The notes below the pieces were generated by a model. The model worked only from the letters and a program-made list of their open reading frames with translations. It searched no databases and was not told the origin of the DNA. Below are positions 7,371 through 16,704 of a stretch of DNA of 25,198 nt, in pieces; position 1 is the first letter of the stretch, and the number at the start of each line of letters is the position of its first letter. This DNA is from a bacterium (lineage in GTDB: Bacteria; Sumerlaeota; Sumerlaeia; UBA8349): the NCBI GenBank assembly GCA_013203855.1, contig JABMPG010000473.1:1-25198 (forward strand). The letters run 5' to 3'. Position numbers and translations under genes: made by a program.

Positions 7371-9911
7371 ATGACCGATTCCAGAAACCCCCAGCCTCCT
7401 GAGTCCGGCGGCATGCTGGACGCGCCGAAAGGGCTCGACCGTGCCTACTGGCGCTGGGCGGGGTGGCGCTATGCGCTGGGAATCGTGCTCCTCCTCTGGG
7501 CGGTCTGGACGACGTGGCTCACATTCGGGGGGGCGGTTGGCGAGGAGTCGCGGGAAGAGCGGGGGCTGAGTTGGGGGACGTATCTGGAATCGCTGGCGCG
7601 GCCTTCGGGGTATCCCGAGGAGGCGAGTCATTTCCGGCGGCTGGGAATCACCTATCTCGCGCTCTTTTCCGAAGAACCGTGGCACTGGATGGTAAGCGCG
7701 GAAACCTGGCGGGATCTCGGCATCGGTCTCGCGGGCCTGGTCATCATGACGGCGCTGGGGTGGCTCCTGCTGCGGTGTTTCGAAGTCTATATTCCCAAAG
7801 GTGCGGCCATCCCGCTGGCGTTCGTGTTGGGAGTGGGCCTGTGCGGGGTGGTGAACACGTTTCTGGGGCTGGCGGGGCTCCTGTATCAGTGGGTGGCGCT
7901 GGCGGTCCTGGTCGCGCTGGCGATCGCCCTGCTCTGGGCGGCGTCGAGGTCGTGGCGACGAGCGAATCTGAGAATTCTGCCCGACACGGCGAATCCGGGC
8001 TCTCTCTATCGCGCGCAACGGGACTTGGCCGGGGACTGGGAACGCAGCTCATGGATCGGGCTGAGACATTCGGGCTGGACGCGCCTCATCGAGGGGCCCC
8101 TCGCGGCCGTGATGGTGCTCCTGATCGGCCTCATCACCTTCCTGACATTCTTTCACGGGGTTCTGTTTCCCGAAACTTACTGGGACTCGCTGATTCTGTA
8201 CCTGGGTTACGCCCGGGGGATCTTTCTGCAGCACGGATTTCCGGTAAAGGTCGTAGGCCAGGTCGGGGTGGGACTCGGGGCGAATTACCCCCACCTTTTC
8301 GAACTGACCGGGGCGACGATCGCAACATGGGCGAATCACTGGTCGCCGTTGTACCTCCAACTCGCGACGCCCTTGAGCGGACTCCTGACGCTCCTTCTCG
8401 TCTATCACATCGCCCTGAGGCTTTCGCGGTCGGTGCTCATCGCGCTTCTCGTGACACTGCTCGTGCGGGCGGTTCCGTACCTGATCATCTATCATACCTG
8501 GTCGTCGAACTACGCCTTCGTGATTCTCTACAGCGCGGCCTTTTTCTATCTCGCCATCCGCTATATCGAGGACGGACTGCCGGGGTATTTCATCCTGGCG
8601 ACGCTGACCGTCGCGTTCGCCATGCACATCAACTATCTGATGGGATCGCTGTGGGTGTGCTGGGCGGTGATGGTGGTATTTGCTTACTGGCCGCGACGGG
8701 CGGGGCACGCAGAGGAGTTCGGGCTCTATCTGGGAGTGGTGCGGCTGCTTCGGGAGAACCCGCCTCCCGATTTCACGCGCGTGGCGAGATGGCCGAGCCT
8801 GAAGGCGTTTCTTGGAACGAAACTGTTCTGGCGGACAAGCCTCATCAGCGTGGCTATAGCGAGCATATGGTATGTGCGGAGCTGGATCGTGACGGGCAAT
8901 CCGGTCTACGCGTTTTTCACGGGGATCTTTCGGGCGAGCAAGCACGTCAACCCGGAGGTGATGACCTCGGCGGCGCTCGAGTGGCAGGCCCACGGCGACG
9001 GGATAGGCGTGGCCGACGGGCTCGATCTGGCGTCGAGGCTGGGGCTGCCCGACAGCAATCTGCTCGACCGCGTTCTATACACATGGCCCTTCTTCGTGAA
9101 CAGTTACAGCAACGCGTGGAAATGGGCGCCGACATTCGTGGGATTGGTCATCCCGGGGGTGGTTGTTCTACTCGCGATGCTCTGGCGCCGGCGCAAACCG
9201 AACACGTTGCAGGAAATGGACGCCCCGGTCCGCGTTCTCGACGATTCGTCACGGATCGGGCTGGTAGCGCTTTCCTACGTCGCGGTTCTGTTCGGCTATC
9301 ATTACCTGCTCGGGCCGTTCTATCTGTATCACCTCTTCGGCTGCTTCGCGGTGTTCCCGATATTCCTGGTCTTCGCGCTGACGCCGTGCCCGAGGTCGGT
9401 TTTGTGGCTTTTCTGCCTGTGGGCGATCCTCGCCGGATTCATGCCCGGCCTGCCCTGGGCGATGATGGGGCCAAAGATCGGTTCGCCGCGTCTCGAAGCG
9501 CTGCATAACCCCGGCATGCCACAGGCCCGGTTCTATCGACTGAAGTACGGCGATCTGACGAAGGTGTGGGAGGCGGTCAACGATCTGGCGAAAGGCGACG
9601 CGGTCCTGACCCACGAGAACCGCCATCTCCTCTTCGACCCGTCGATCCGTCTTGTCCACATGGATGACTGGGAACTTCAGGACGTGTGGGATAGGAGTGA
9701 GGAAGAAAAGCTGCGCCGGCTCCACAACCTGGGCGTGAGGTGGTATCTCGACGTGCTCTACGAGCGCGATCACCCGATCAACGAACGCCTGGGCCACCGT
9801 GCATGGATCGGAACGGACATCCTGGAGAAAATATACGAGGCCGGCGGGGCGACATTGTACCGGTTTCACTATCCGGGAGAAGGAACGGGCCTGAATAGCC
9901 ATTCCTCTTGA
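7371..9911 (+). CDS. Large polytopic membrane protein, GT-C superfamily (ArnT/PMT/GT39-like) glycosyltransferase candidate
   Basis: More than 12 hydrophobic segments; TYWDSLILYL acidic motif in an early loop, NYPHLFE, WYVRSWIVTGNPVY, and a soluble C-terminal domain. Family assignment is by motif resemblance. Confidence 0.6.
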   Translation: MTDSRNPQPPESGGMLDAPKGLDRAYWRWAGWRYALGIVLLLWAVWTTWLTFGGAVGEESREERGLSWGTYLESLARPSGYPEEASHFRRLGITYLALFSEEPWHWMVSAETWRDLGIGLAGLVIMTALGWLLLRCFEVYIPKGAAIPLAFVLGVGLCGVVNTFLGLAGLLYQWVALAVLVALAIALLWAASRSWRRANLRILPDTANPGSLYRAQRDLAGDWERSSWIGLRHSGWTRLIEGPLAAVMVLLIGLITFLTFFHGVLFPETYWDSLILYLGYARGIFLQHGFPVKVVGQVGVGLGANYPHLFELTGATIATWANHWSPLYLQLATPLSGLLTLLLVYHIALRLSRSVLIALLVTLLVRAVPYLIIYHTWSSNYAFVILYSAAFFYLAIRYIEDGLPGYFILATLTVAFAMHINYLMGSLWVCWAVMVVFAYWPRRAGHAEEFGLYLGVVRLLRENPPPDFTRVARWPSLKAFLGTKLFWRTSLISVAIASIWYVRSWIVTGNPVYAFFTGIFRASKHVNPEVMTSAALEWQAHGDGIGVADGLDLASRLGLPDSNLLDRVLYTWPFFVNSYSNAWKWAPTFVGLVIPGVVVLLAMLWRRRKPNTLQEMDAPVRVLDDSSRIGLVALSYVAVLFGYHYLLGPFYLYHLFGCFAVFPIFLVFALTPCPRSVLWLFCLWAILAGFMPGLPWAMMGPKIGSPRLEALHNPGMPQARFYRLKYGDLTKVWEAVNDLAKGDAVLTHENRHLLFDPSIRLVHMDDWELQDVWDRSEEEKLRRLHNLGVRWYLDVLYERDHPINERLGHRAWIGTDILEKIYEAGGATLYRFHYPGEGTGLNSHSS

Positions 9912-9917
9912 GAACAC

Positions 9918-10583
9918 CTAATTCTCCGAAATCCCCCACTCAACAAGAAAAGGATTCGTTCGCTTTTCCTGGTCCATCGTGGTGGCGGGGCCGTGGCCGG
10001 AATAGAGACGCGTTTCGTCGGGGTATTCCCGGGCCACGCGGCGTAGGCTTTTGATGAGGACCTCCTGGTCGCCGCCGGGGAAGTCCCAGCGGCCGACTCC
10101 GCCGGCGAAAAGCAGGTCGCCGGTGAAGGCGTAGCCATCGCCCAGCAGGCAGACGCAGCCGGGGCTGGGGCCGGGTGTGTGGAGCACTTTCATCGAGAAG
10201 TCGCCGACCTCGATCATGTCGCCGTCGGCAATCTCGCGGCTGAGTTCGCACGGTTCGAGGTTCATCCCGAGCCAGGCCGCGCCGCAGAGCATCGGATCGG
10301 ACAGGAGCGGGGCGGTTTGGCAGTGGGCGAGGAGGCCTGCGCCAGTTTCGCGGACGAGAAAGGCAGCGTCGTGGGTGTGGTCGATATGGCCGTGGGTGAG
10401 GACGACTGTTTTCAGCGCCCAGCCCTGTTTGTTGCAGCGGTCCAGGAGCTCGCGGCCGACCAAGCTCGGGTCGATGGCGAGCGCTTCTCTGCGTTTGGGG
10501 TCGGCCACGAGATAGGCGTTCGTCTCAAGGGGCGGGCTGACGTGGATTTCGATGAGGGGAGAGTGGGGCGTGGGAGTTCTCAT
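9918..10583 (-). CDS. MBL-fold metallo-hydrolase (glyoxalase II/YcbL-like), 221 aa
   Basis: ETNAYLV, THGHIDH, FTGDLLFAGGVGRWDFPGG, YSGHGP.T....E...NPFL; ATG at 10583 overlaps the dctM stop (ATGA). Confidence 0.88.
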   Translation of the reverse strand: MRTPTPHSPLIEIHVSPPLETNAYLVADPKRREALAIDPSLVGRELLDRCNKQGWALKTVVLTHGHIDHTHDAAFLVRETGAGLLAHCQTAPLLSDPMLCGAAWLGMNLEPCELSREIADGDMIEVGDFSMKVLHTPGPSPGCVCLLGDGYAFTGDLLFAGGVGRWDFPGGDQEVLIKSLRRVAREYPDETRLYSGHGPATTMDQEKRTNPFLVEWGISEN

Positions 10584-11881
10584 CTCAACAGCCCCGGCAG
10601 AAAAAGCGAGATCTGGGGAAAGGCCAGCAAAACAATGGCCGCGAGGATCAGCGCGCCCAGGAACGGCAGGGCGCCTTTGAAAACCGTCTGAAGCGGGATA
10701 TCGCGCTCGATGCCGTTGACGATGTAGACGCACACCCCGACTGGCGGCGAGATCACGCCCATCTGGGTCACCACGACGACGATCACGCCGAACCAGACGA
10801 GATCGTATCCGAGGCCGGTGACCACGGGGCTGAAAATCGGAATCGTCAGCAGGACCAGCGCCAGGGCGTCGACGAAACAGCCCGCGATGAGATAGAAGAC
10901 GATGATCACCGCCATAATCATCCATCCCGGGAGGGGCAGCCCGGCCAGCCAGGCTGCCAGGCTGACCGGAATCTGCGACACGGCGAGAAAGTGGCCGAAC
11001 ATCACCGCCCCCGCCACGATGATCATCACCATGCACGAGGTCCGCACCGTCTCGAGAAGCGAGCGTTTGAGCATCCGCCAGGTCAGTTTTCCCTTGACCG
11101 CGGCCACGGCCAGACTTCCCGCCGCGCCCACGGCCGCTGCCTCCGTCGGCGTGAAAAACCCGAGGAACATGCCGCCCATCACGAGAGCAAAAAGCACGAG
11201 CGTCTCGCTCACACCCAGCAGCGAGAGAAACTTGGCTCGCCAGGACGTCGACGGCGCCGCCGGACCCAGATTAGGGCGAAGCAGGCAGTGGACGTAGATG
11301 GTCAGGCAGAAGAGCACGGCGATGAAGATGCCCGGGATGATCCCCGCGATGAAAAGCCGCCCCACCGATTCCTCGGTCATGATGGCGTAGACGATGAAGA
11401 CCACGCTGGGCGGGATCAGCATGCCCAGGCTTCCCCCCGCGGCCACCGATCCCCCGCCGAGTTCCATGTCATAGTTGTAGCGTTTCATCTCGGGCAGCGC
11501 GACCGCCGCCATCGTCGCCGCCGTGGCCGGACCCGAGCCGCAGATCGCGCCGAAGCCGGTGCAGGCCCCGATCGTGGCCATGGCCAGGCCGCCCGGCAGA
11601 GGCCCCAGCCAGTGATAGGCCGCGCTGAACAGCCGTCGGCTTATCCCCGCATGAAAAGCGATCTGCCCCATGAAGACGAAAAGAGGGATCACGGTCAGAC
11701 TGTAGGAGGAAAACGTGTCGTACAGATCGGCGGTTACCATGCTGACCGCCGCGCGCGGGTTGACGATGAACGCGAACCCTATCAACCCGATCGAGGCCAT
11801 GGCAAACGCAACGGGCATGCTGCTGATCAAGAGCACTACCAGCAGAATGCAGCCGAGAATTCCGATTTCAAGGGGAGTCAC
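10580..11881 (-). CDS. dctM: TRAP transporter large permease, 433 aa
   Basis: IPLFVFMG, GAICGSGPATAATM..VALPEM, GGSLGMLIPPSV, FTPTEAAAVG, ISPPVG; GTG at 11881 overlaps the dctQ stop (GTGA). Confidence 0.93.
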   Translation of the reverse strand: MTPLEIGILGCILLVVLLISSMPVAFAMASIGLIGFAFIVNPRAAVSMVTADLYDTFSSYSLTVIPLFVFMGQIAFHAGISRRLFSAAYHWLGPLPGGLAMATIGACTGFGAICGSGPATAATMAAVALPEMKRYNYDMELGGGSVAAGGSLGMLIPPSVVFIVYAIMTEESVGRLFIAGIIPGIFIAVLFCLTIYVHCLLRPNLGPAAPSTSWRAKFLSLLGVSETLVLFALVMGGMFLGFFTPTEAAAVGAAGSLAVAAVKGKLTWRMLKRSLLETVRTSCMVMIIVAGAVMFGHFLAVSQIPVSLAAWLAGLPLPGWMIMAVIIVFYLIAGCFVDALALVLLTIPIFSPVVTGLGYDLVWFGVIVVVVTQMGVISPPVGVCVYIVNGIERDIPLQTVFKGALPFLGALILAAIVLLAFPQISLFLPGLLR

Positions 11882-12378
11882 GGCTTGATCATCTCCCTTC
11901 CGGGATGGATCAGATTCTGGAAGACGACCAGAGCGACACAGCCGCAGGAAATCCCCACCGTCCACGCCACCCAGAACAGGGGAATCTGAAGCGTGGAGGA
12001 AACGCGCCCGACCGCCTTGAGCGATATTCCATAGCGGCCGCTTTGCCAGGCAAGCAGGGCGAACAGCGCAATCCCGCCCAGTCGCACCAGGGTGTCCACG
12101 GCAATCCGCCCCTTCCAGGGCAACTGATGAAAGAAATACTCGATCGCCACATGGCCCTTCACGGCGGTGGTATAGGGCAGGCCGCAGACGATGGTGAGGG
12201 CGCTGGCGATGCTGACGATATCGAGCGCGCCCCGGATAGGCCGGTCAAAGATGCGCAGCACAATGTCCGCGCACGTGACGCCCATCATCGTGAGAATGCC
12301 CAGCCCGGATACTCCCAAGAGCAGGAGCACCGTGGCCTGAAGGGCGCGCTCGTACCAGTGAAAGACCCGCAGGGTCAT
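11878..12378 (-). CDS. dctQ: TRAP transporter small permease
   Basis: Four TM segments, DIV.R...RPI.G, GHVAIE motif; lies between dctP and dctM. Confidence 0.9.
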   Translation of the reverse strand: MTLRVFHWYERALQATVLLLLGVSGLGILTMMGVTCADIVLRIFDRPIRGALDIVSIASALTIVCGLPYTTAVKGHVAIEYFFHQLPWKGRIAVDTLVRLGGIALFALLAWQSGRYGISLKAVGRVSSTLQIPLFWVAWTVGISCGCVALVVFQNLIHPGREMIKP

Positions 12379-12380
12379 GG

Positions 12381-13505
12381 CTATTCGGCCCGCTCCTGGG
12401 CAATCGCGCTCTGAATGTCGGTGAGGAAGGCTTTCCCGGGAAGATCTCTGGACTCGGCCGCCTCGACATATTCGTTAAGGATGGGCTGGACGGCCTCGAT
12501 CCACTGTCCCTGGCGAGCTTCGGGAATCTCGATGATCTCGCGGCCCAGTCCCTTGACAAATGCGAGCCCTTCCTCGTCCGCCTCGTCCCACGCCTCGCCG
12601 TGAACCGCGACCCACTCATCGCTCACCTCTCGGATCACCTTCTGAAGGTCGGCGGGCAGGGAGTTCCACTTTTCCTTGTTCATCACCACGAACATCGCCG
12701 TGGTATAGCCGATCAGGGACGTGTCCGTCACCATGTCGATCACCTCGCCCTGCTTCCAGCCCTTCAGGGTTTCCATGGGGCACAGGGTCGCTTCAACCAC
12801 GCCCTTCTGCAGTGCTTCATAGGTCTCAGGCTGGCTCATGCCGACGGGCGTGCCGCCCAAGGCCTCCACGACCTTCGACGAAAGACCCGTGGCCCGGACC
12901 TTCAGCCCCTTCATGTCTTCGAGAGCGCGAACCGGCTTCTTCGAGGCAAGGATGCCAGGGCCGTGAGCGTGGACGTAAAGAACCTCCGTGTCCTGAACTT
13001 CCTGAGGATTGTACTTGCGGACCAGGTCCGTGGCGATGCGGGTGGCCGTCTTGCCATCGGGATAGCCTGCGGGCAGGTCGAGCCCTTCGAGAAGGGGAAA
13101 GCGCCCGCGGGTATAGGCGAAGCAGCTCATGCCCATGTCAGAGATCCCGTTCACCACGCCCTCATAGACCTGAGGCGCCTTGGTCAGGGTGCCGCCCGGG
13201 TAAATGGTGATCTTCACCGCGCCGTTCGCGCGCTTCTCGACCTCCTCGGCCCACGAAACCGCTTTCTTGCACTGGATGTGGGTCGGGGGGAAGAAGACGC
13301 TGTAGGAGAGAGTGATCGTTTCGGGAGCCGGAGTCGCGGCTGCCTCGGGCTGTTCGGCCATCTCGGGTTGCCCGACCGTCTGCTCTTCCGTCTGCGCATC
13401 AGTCTTTCCGCCGGTCTGGGCCTGCTCCCCGCAGCCGACCAGGGCGAAGACCAGCAGCGCCAGCGAGATCCCCGTCAGAATGCGTTTCCACGTGTTGCTT
13501 TGCAT
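12381..13505 (-). CDS. dctP: TRAP solute-binding protein with a lipoprotein-type signal
   Basis: LVFALVG-C lipobox; [31 protein letters not shown]...[27 protein letters not shown]; GGGAGG SD. Confidence 0.92.
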   Translation of the reverse strand: MQSNTWKRILTGISLALLVFALVGCGEQAQTGGKTDAQTEEQTVGQPEMAEQPEAAATPAPETITLSYSVFFPPTHIQCKKAVSWAEEVEKRANGAVKITIYPGGTLTKAPQVYEGVVNGISDMGMSCFAYTRGRFPLLEGLDLPAGYPDGKTATRIATDLVRKYNPQEVQDTEVLYVHAHGPGILASKKPVRALEDMKGLKVRATGLSSKVVEALGGTPVGMSQPETYEALQKGVVEATLCPMETLKGWKQGEVIDMVTDTSLIGYTTAMFVVMNKEKWNSLPADLQKVIREVSDEWVAVHGEAWDEADEEGLAFVKGLGREIIEIPEARQGQWIEAVQPILNEYVEAAESRDLPGKAFLTDIQSAIAQERAE

Positions 13506-13597
13506 GGCTCAAGCCTCCCATTTGTTGAATCGTCCAGAAAAAGTGCTGTCTGCCGAAATCCAGATAGGTTCCCCGATCTCTCGAATAGGGACGGCCC

Positions 13598-13626
13598 AAT
13601 ATAAACCGCGCTCCAAGACCTTGCAA
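13598..13626 (-). promoter_or_regulatory. Sigma70-type promoter for the dctPQM-MBL operon
   Basis: TTGCAA-N17-TATATT on the minus strand about 90 nt upstream of dctP. Confidence 0.6.
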
Positions 13627-13660
13627 GCCATACCGGATCAACGATTTCGGGCGGGTATGA

Positions 13661-13693
13661 GAAAAAAGCCCCCCGCTGGAACGGAGGGCTTCT
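13661..13693 (-). terminator. Intrinsic terminator after the chemoreceptor gene
   Basis: Minus strand AAGCCCTCCG-TTCCAG-CGGGGGGCTT followed by TTTT. Confidence 0.8.
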
Positions 13694-13719
13694 GGATGGA
13701 GGCTTCAAATCGGGCCGCT

Positions 13720-15702
13720 TTAGAACTCGGAGTAATCATCGTCAAAGGGGATCATCGCGGCGGCTTTCGTCGCGGTGATCTTCCGGCCGTTGACGGGTTT
13801 GTCCTGGTCGGTCTGGTTCTTCCTCGAACCGTTGGCAGGAGAACCATTCCTCGGGGTTGCGCGAAAGGGCTTGCTCGGAGCGGCCACGTACTCTGTTCGG
13901 CGGGCGAGGTTGTTGCCTTTTCCGTGTCCGGCAACGATTTCGACCAGATCGCTGACAACGCCAAGCATCTGCTGGGCCTGTGCGGAGAGTTCCTCGCTGG
14001 CGGAAGCGGACTCTTCGGCGTTGGCCGCCACCTGTTGGGTGACCTGGTCCATCTGGGCCACGGCGTTGTTGATCTGATTGATGCCTTCGGACTGCTCGTT
14101 GCTTGCCGTGGCGATAGCGAGAACATTGCGTCCAACCGATTCGGAACTCTCCGCGACCTGCTGAATGCCCAGTGCCGCTTTTTCCACAACTTCGCTGCCT
14201 CGTCCCGCCTGTTCGACGCTGGCCTGGATCAGTTCGGCCGTGTCGCGGGCGGCGACGGCCGAGCGCTGGGCGAGATTGCGCACCTCTTCGGCGACAACCG
14301 CGAACCCCTTGCCGTGTTCGCCCGCGCGGGCGGCCTCCACGGCGGCGTTCAGGGCGAGAAGGTTGGTCTGGAAAGCGATCTCTTCGATCGTTTTGATGAT
14401 GCCGGAGATCTTGCCGGAAGAACTCTTGATGCCGCTCATCGTCTCGACCATCTGCTGCATGGCCGTTTGCGTGGACCCCACCATCTTGCCTGTCTCCTCC
14501 ATCAGACCGTTAGCGTCCCGGGCGCCCTCGGCGTTCTGGCGGGACTGGCCGGCCAGTTCTTCGAGAGCCGAGGAGGATTCTTCCAGGCTGGAGGCCTGTT
14601 CGGTTGCGCCTTCGGCAAGCTGCTGGCTGGCGCGGGAAATCTGGTCTGAGGCCGAGGCGACTTGCTCGGCGCCGGAGGTGAGTGCGTCGATAGCGCGGTT
14701 GAGTTGCTTGACGATGCCGCGGGTAATCGCGATGGCGAGGAGAATGCCAATGATGATGCTCCCAAGCCCCAACACCGCGACGATCGTGTTGGTCCGGGCC
14801 ATGATGCTTTGCATCTGGCTCTCAAGGGAGTCCTGGAGCTGACCCATCACTCCGACGATCTGGCTGGCAGTCTCGGCCATCTCCGTCCCCGCCTCACGCA
14901 TCTCGACAACCCCCTGGCGATAGAGGTTTCCAGCGGCCTCGTACTCAGCGACCTGATCGCGCAGTTCTCCTGCCGATTTCTCCAGCCCTGCAATGCCCTG
15001 CGTGCAATCGGCCCAATCCTGAATTCCCTTCTCCAGTTCCTCCAGTCTGGCCCCATAGGCGGCCCATTCGGCATCGCCATTGAAGGCGATGAAATAGATG
15101 GCAGAAATCCGCTGGAGCAGGAAAGGCTCCACAACGTGCTCTTTGATGTCGGCACCTAACGTGGCCCACTGATCTGCAGCCGTGCCGTCACCTTCCTGCC
15201 GAGCTTTTTCCCAAGCCGGGAGAATGACTGATTCCAGAGAACGATTGATGTTTTCTGTGAACTTGCCACCCACTGTTTTCCAGCCCTCCGAGGCTTTCTG
15301 TTTGTCGGCTTCGGCCTGAGTCTGTCGGCCAAAGGCCGTCTTGTACGCCGCCATGTTCTCAAGCACGTTTCCGACCAGATCGCGCTGTTCGGTGGTCAGG
15401 CCCCTATCGTTCTTGAGCACACCCATCTGTTCCGCCCATGCGCTGTAGGCACTGTGCCACTTTTCCGCGGCGTTCTGCTCTTCGCCATCATTCTTCTTGA
15501 ATCCCCTCGACTGGAACTCCAACCGGAACTTGGCGCACTTGTTCATCTCGTCCAAGGCCGTGGTTCCAAGGTTGAGAATGTCATCCTTTTCACGTACTCC
15601 CTGGAGCCCGTTCCAGGCCGTAAAACCCAGGATTGCCGTGATGATAATCAGGACGCCGAATCCGATACCGATTTTGGCCGACAGTTTCATGTTACCGAAC
15701 AT
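13720..15702 (-). CDS. Methyl-accepting chemotaxis protein, 660 aa, two TM helices and a large helical periplasmic sensor
   Basis: [48 protein letters not shown] hairpin tip; [15 protein letters not shown] start with AAGGAG SD; C-terminal DYSEF pentapeptide. Confidence 0.95.
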   Translation of the reverse strand: MFGNMKLSAKIGIGFGVLIIITAILGFTAWNGLQGVREKDDILNLGTTALDEMNKCAKFRLEFQSRGFKKNDGEEQNAAEKWHSAYSAWAEQMGVLKNDRGLTTEQRDLVGNVLENMAAYKTAFGRQTQAEADKQKASEGWKTVGGKFTENINRSLESVILPAWEKARQEGDGTAADQWATLGADIKEHVVEPFLLQRISAIYFIAFNGDAEWAAYGARLEELEKGIQDWADCTQGIAGLEKSAGELRDQVAEYEAAGNLYRQGVVEMREAGTEMAETASQIVGVMGQLQDSLESQMQSIMARTNTIVAVLGLGSIIIGILLAIAITRGIVKQLNRAIDALTSGAEQVASASDQISRASQQLAEGATEQASSLEESSSALEELAGQSRQNAEGARDANGLMEETGKMVGSTQTAMQQMVETMSGIKSSSGKISGIIKTIEEIAFQTNLLALNAAVEAARAGEHGKGFAVVAEEVRNLAQRSAVAARDTAELIQASVEQAGRGSEVVEKAALGIQQVAESSESVGRNVLAIATASNEQSEGINQINNAVAQMDQVTQQVAANAEESASASEELSAQAQQMLGVVSDLVEIVAGHGKGNNLARRTEYVAAPSKPFRATPRNGSPANGSRKNQTDQDKPVNGRKITATKAAAMIPFDDDYSEF

Positions 15703-15898
15703 TTTCCGCAACTCCTTTTTTCGGAATAGATAGCCAACAGAATGCCAGACGGGAAAACCCCGCATACGCGCTTCATCTGCAGAGACTGAACGGCGAGTGG
15801 TGGGTTTCCCCGCAGGCCCCAAGAGACAAAATTGTCCGGCGGCCAATCCAATCAACAACCCGGGGAAAGGAACCCGCTTTCACTGCACAACTTTTGAC

Positions 15899-15926
15899 CT
15901 ATCGGCCTGGCGAGGGATACACTTGA
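15899..15926 (-). promoter_or_regulatory. Sigma28 (FliA/SigD)-like promoter for the chemoreceptor
   Basis: TCAAG-N15-GCCGATAG compared with the consensus TAAA-N15-GCCGATAA; about 200 nt upstream of the MCP and correctly oriented. Confidence 0.65.
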
Positions 15927-16069
15927 ATAAGGAAATCAGGAACTGCGGTGTTCACACAGTCAAGAGAATCCAACGTCGGATGTAATCACATGTGGATCAC
16001 ATTAGGCTGGACACGCCAGAGAGCCGTCCTGACGCGTCCGCACTGTCTTCACATGCCGAAAAACACGGA

Positions 16070-16579
16070 TCAAATCTCTCTAACAGAGGGCGCCGATCTC
16101 CCGAGTTTTTCCCGAAGGCGTTTTTCCACCTGGGGAGGGACCACGCTGGAGACATCGCCGCCGTGAGCGACGATATCTTTGGTGAGGGAGGAGCTGACGA
16201 AGACGTAGCCGATGGTGGGGGCCATGAAGATGGTTTCGACATCGGGCGCGATGCGCTGGTTCATGAGAGCGAGCTGAAGCTCGGACTCGAAATCACTCAC
16301 GGCGCGCAGGCCGCGGATGATGAACTGGATCTTCCGCGTGCGGGCATATTGCACGGTAAGGCCTTCGAGATGGACGATCTCGACGTTCTCAAGATGCTGG
16401 ACGGCATCCCGGAGCATCTCCAGGCGTTCGTCCACCGAAAAGATGGGCACCTTCTGAGGATTGGCGGCGACGGCGACGACCATCTGGTCAAAAAGCCGGG
16501 CGCAACGTTCGATAAGATTCAGGTGTCCGTAGGTGAGACAGTCAAAGGTGCCCGGATAAAGGGCCGTGGTGAGAGACAT
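16070..16579 (-). CDS. coaD: Pantetheine-phosphate adenylyltransferase, 169 aa
   Basis: YPGTFDCLTYGHLNLIER, IIRGLRAVSDFESELQLALMN, FVSSSL.K; AGGAG SD before ATG 16579. Confidence 0.96.
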   Translation of the reverse strand: MSLTTALYPGTFDCLTYGHLNLIERCARLFDQMVVAVAANPQKVPIFSVDERLEMLRDAVQHLENVEIVHLEGLTVQYARTRKIQFIIRGLRAVSDFESELQLALMNQRIAPDVETIFMAPTIGYVFVSSSLTKDIVAHGGDVSSVVPPQVEKRLREKLGRSAPSVREI

Positions 16580-16704
16580 GAGGCTCTCCTCAAGAGGAAT
16601 GGGGTCGTCCGGCTGCGAAAAAGCACCCCAATCTAACTCAACGCAACCGGGCTCGCAACGGTCTTGGACGCCATTGTGGCACAGTTTCTCTCGGCCGTGC
16701 ATCC

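Noticed and set aside
7463-9508. 681-aa same-strand alternative-frame ORF inside the GT-C gene
   Set aside because: Arg/Gly/Ala-rich off-frame translation typical of GC-rich codon bias; no SD and no domain signature.
5909-13505. Functional link between the mannonate-oxidoreductase-like SDR and the TRAP transporter (hexuronate uptake)
   Set aside because: They lie on opposite strands separated by unrelated genes, and no uxaC/uxuA/kdgK is in the window; unsupported.
15750-15813. GGGAAAACCCC / GGGTTTCCCC elements in the MCP leader as a c-di-GMP riboswitch
   Set aside because: The conserved GEMM features (GGCAAAC...GNRA...GACGCAAAGC) are absent; these are only short GC palindromes.
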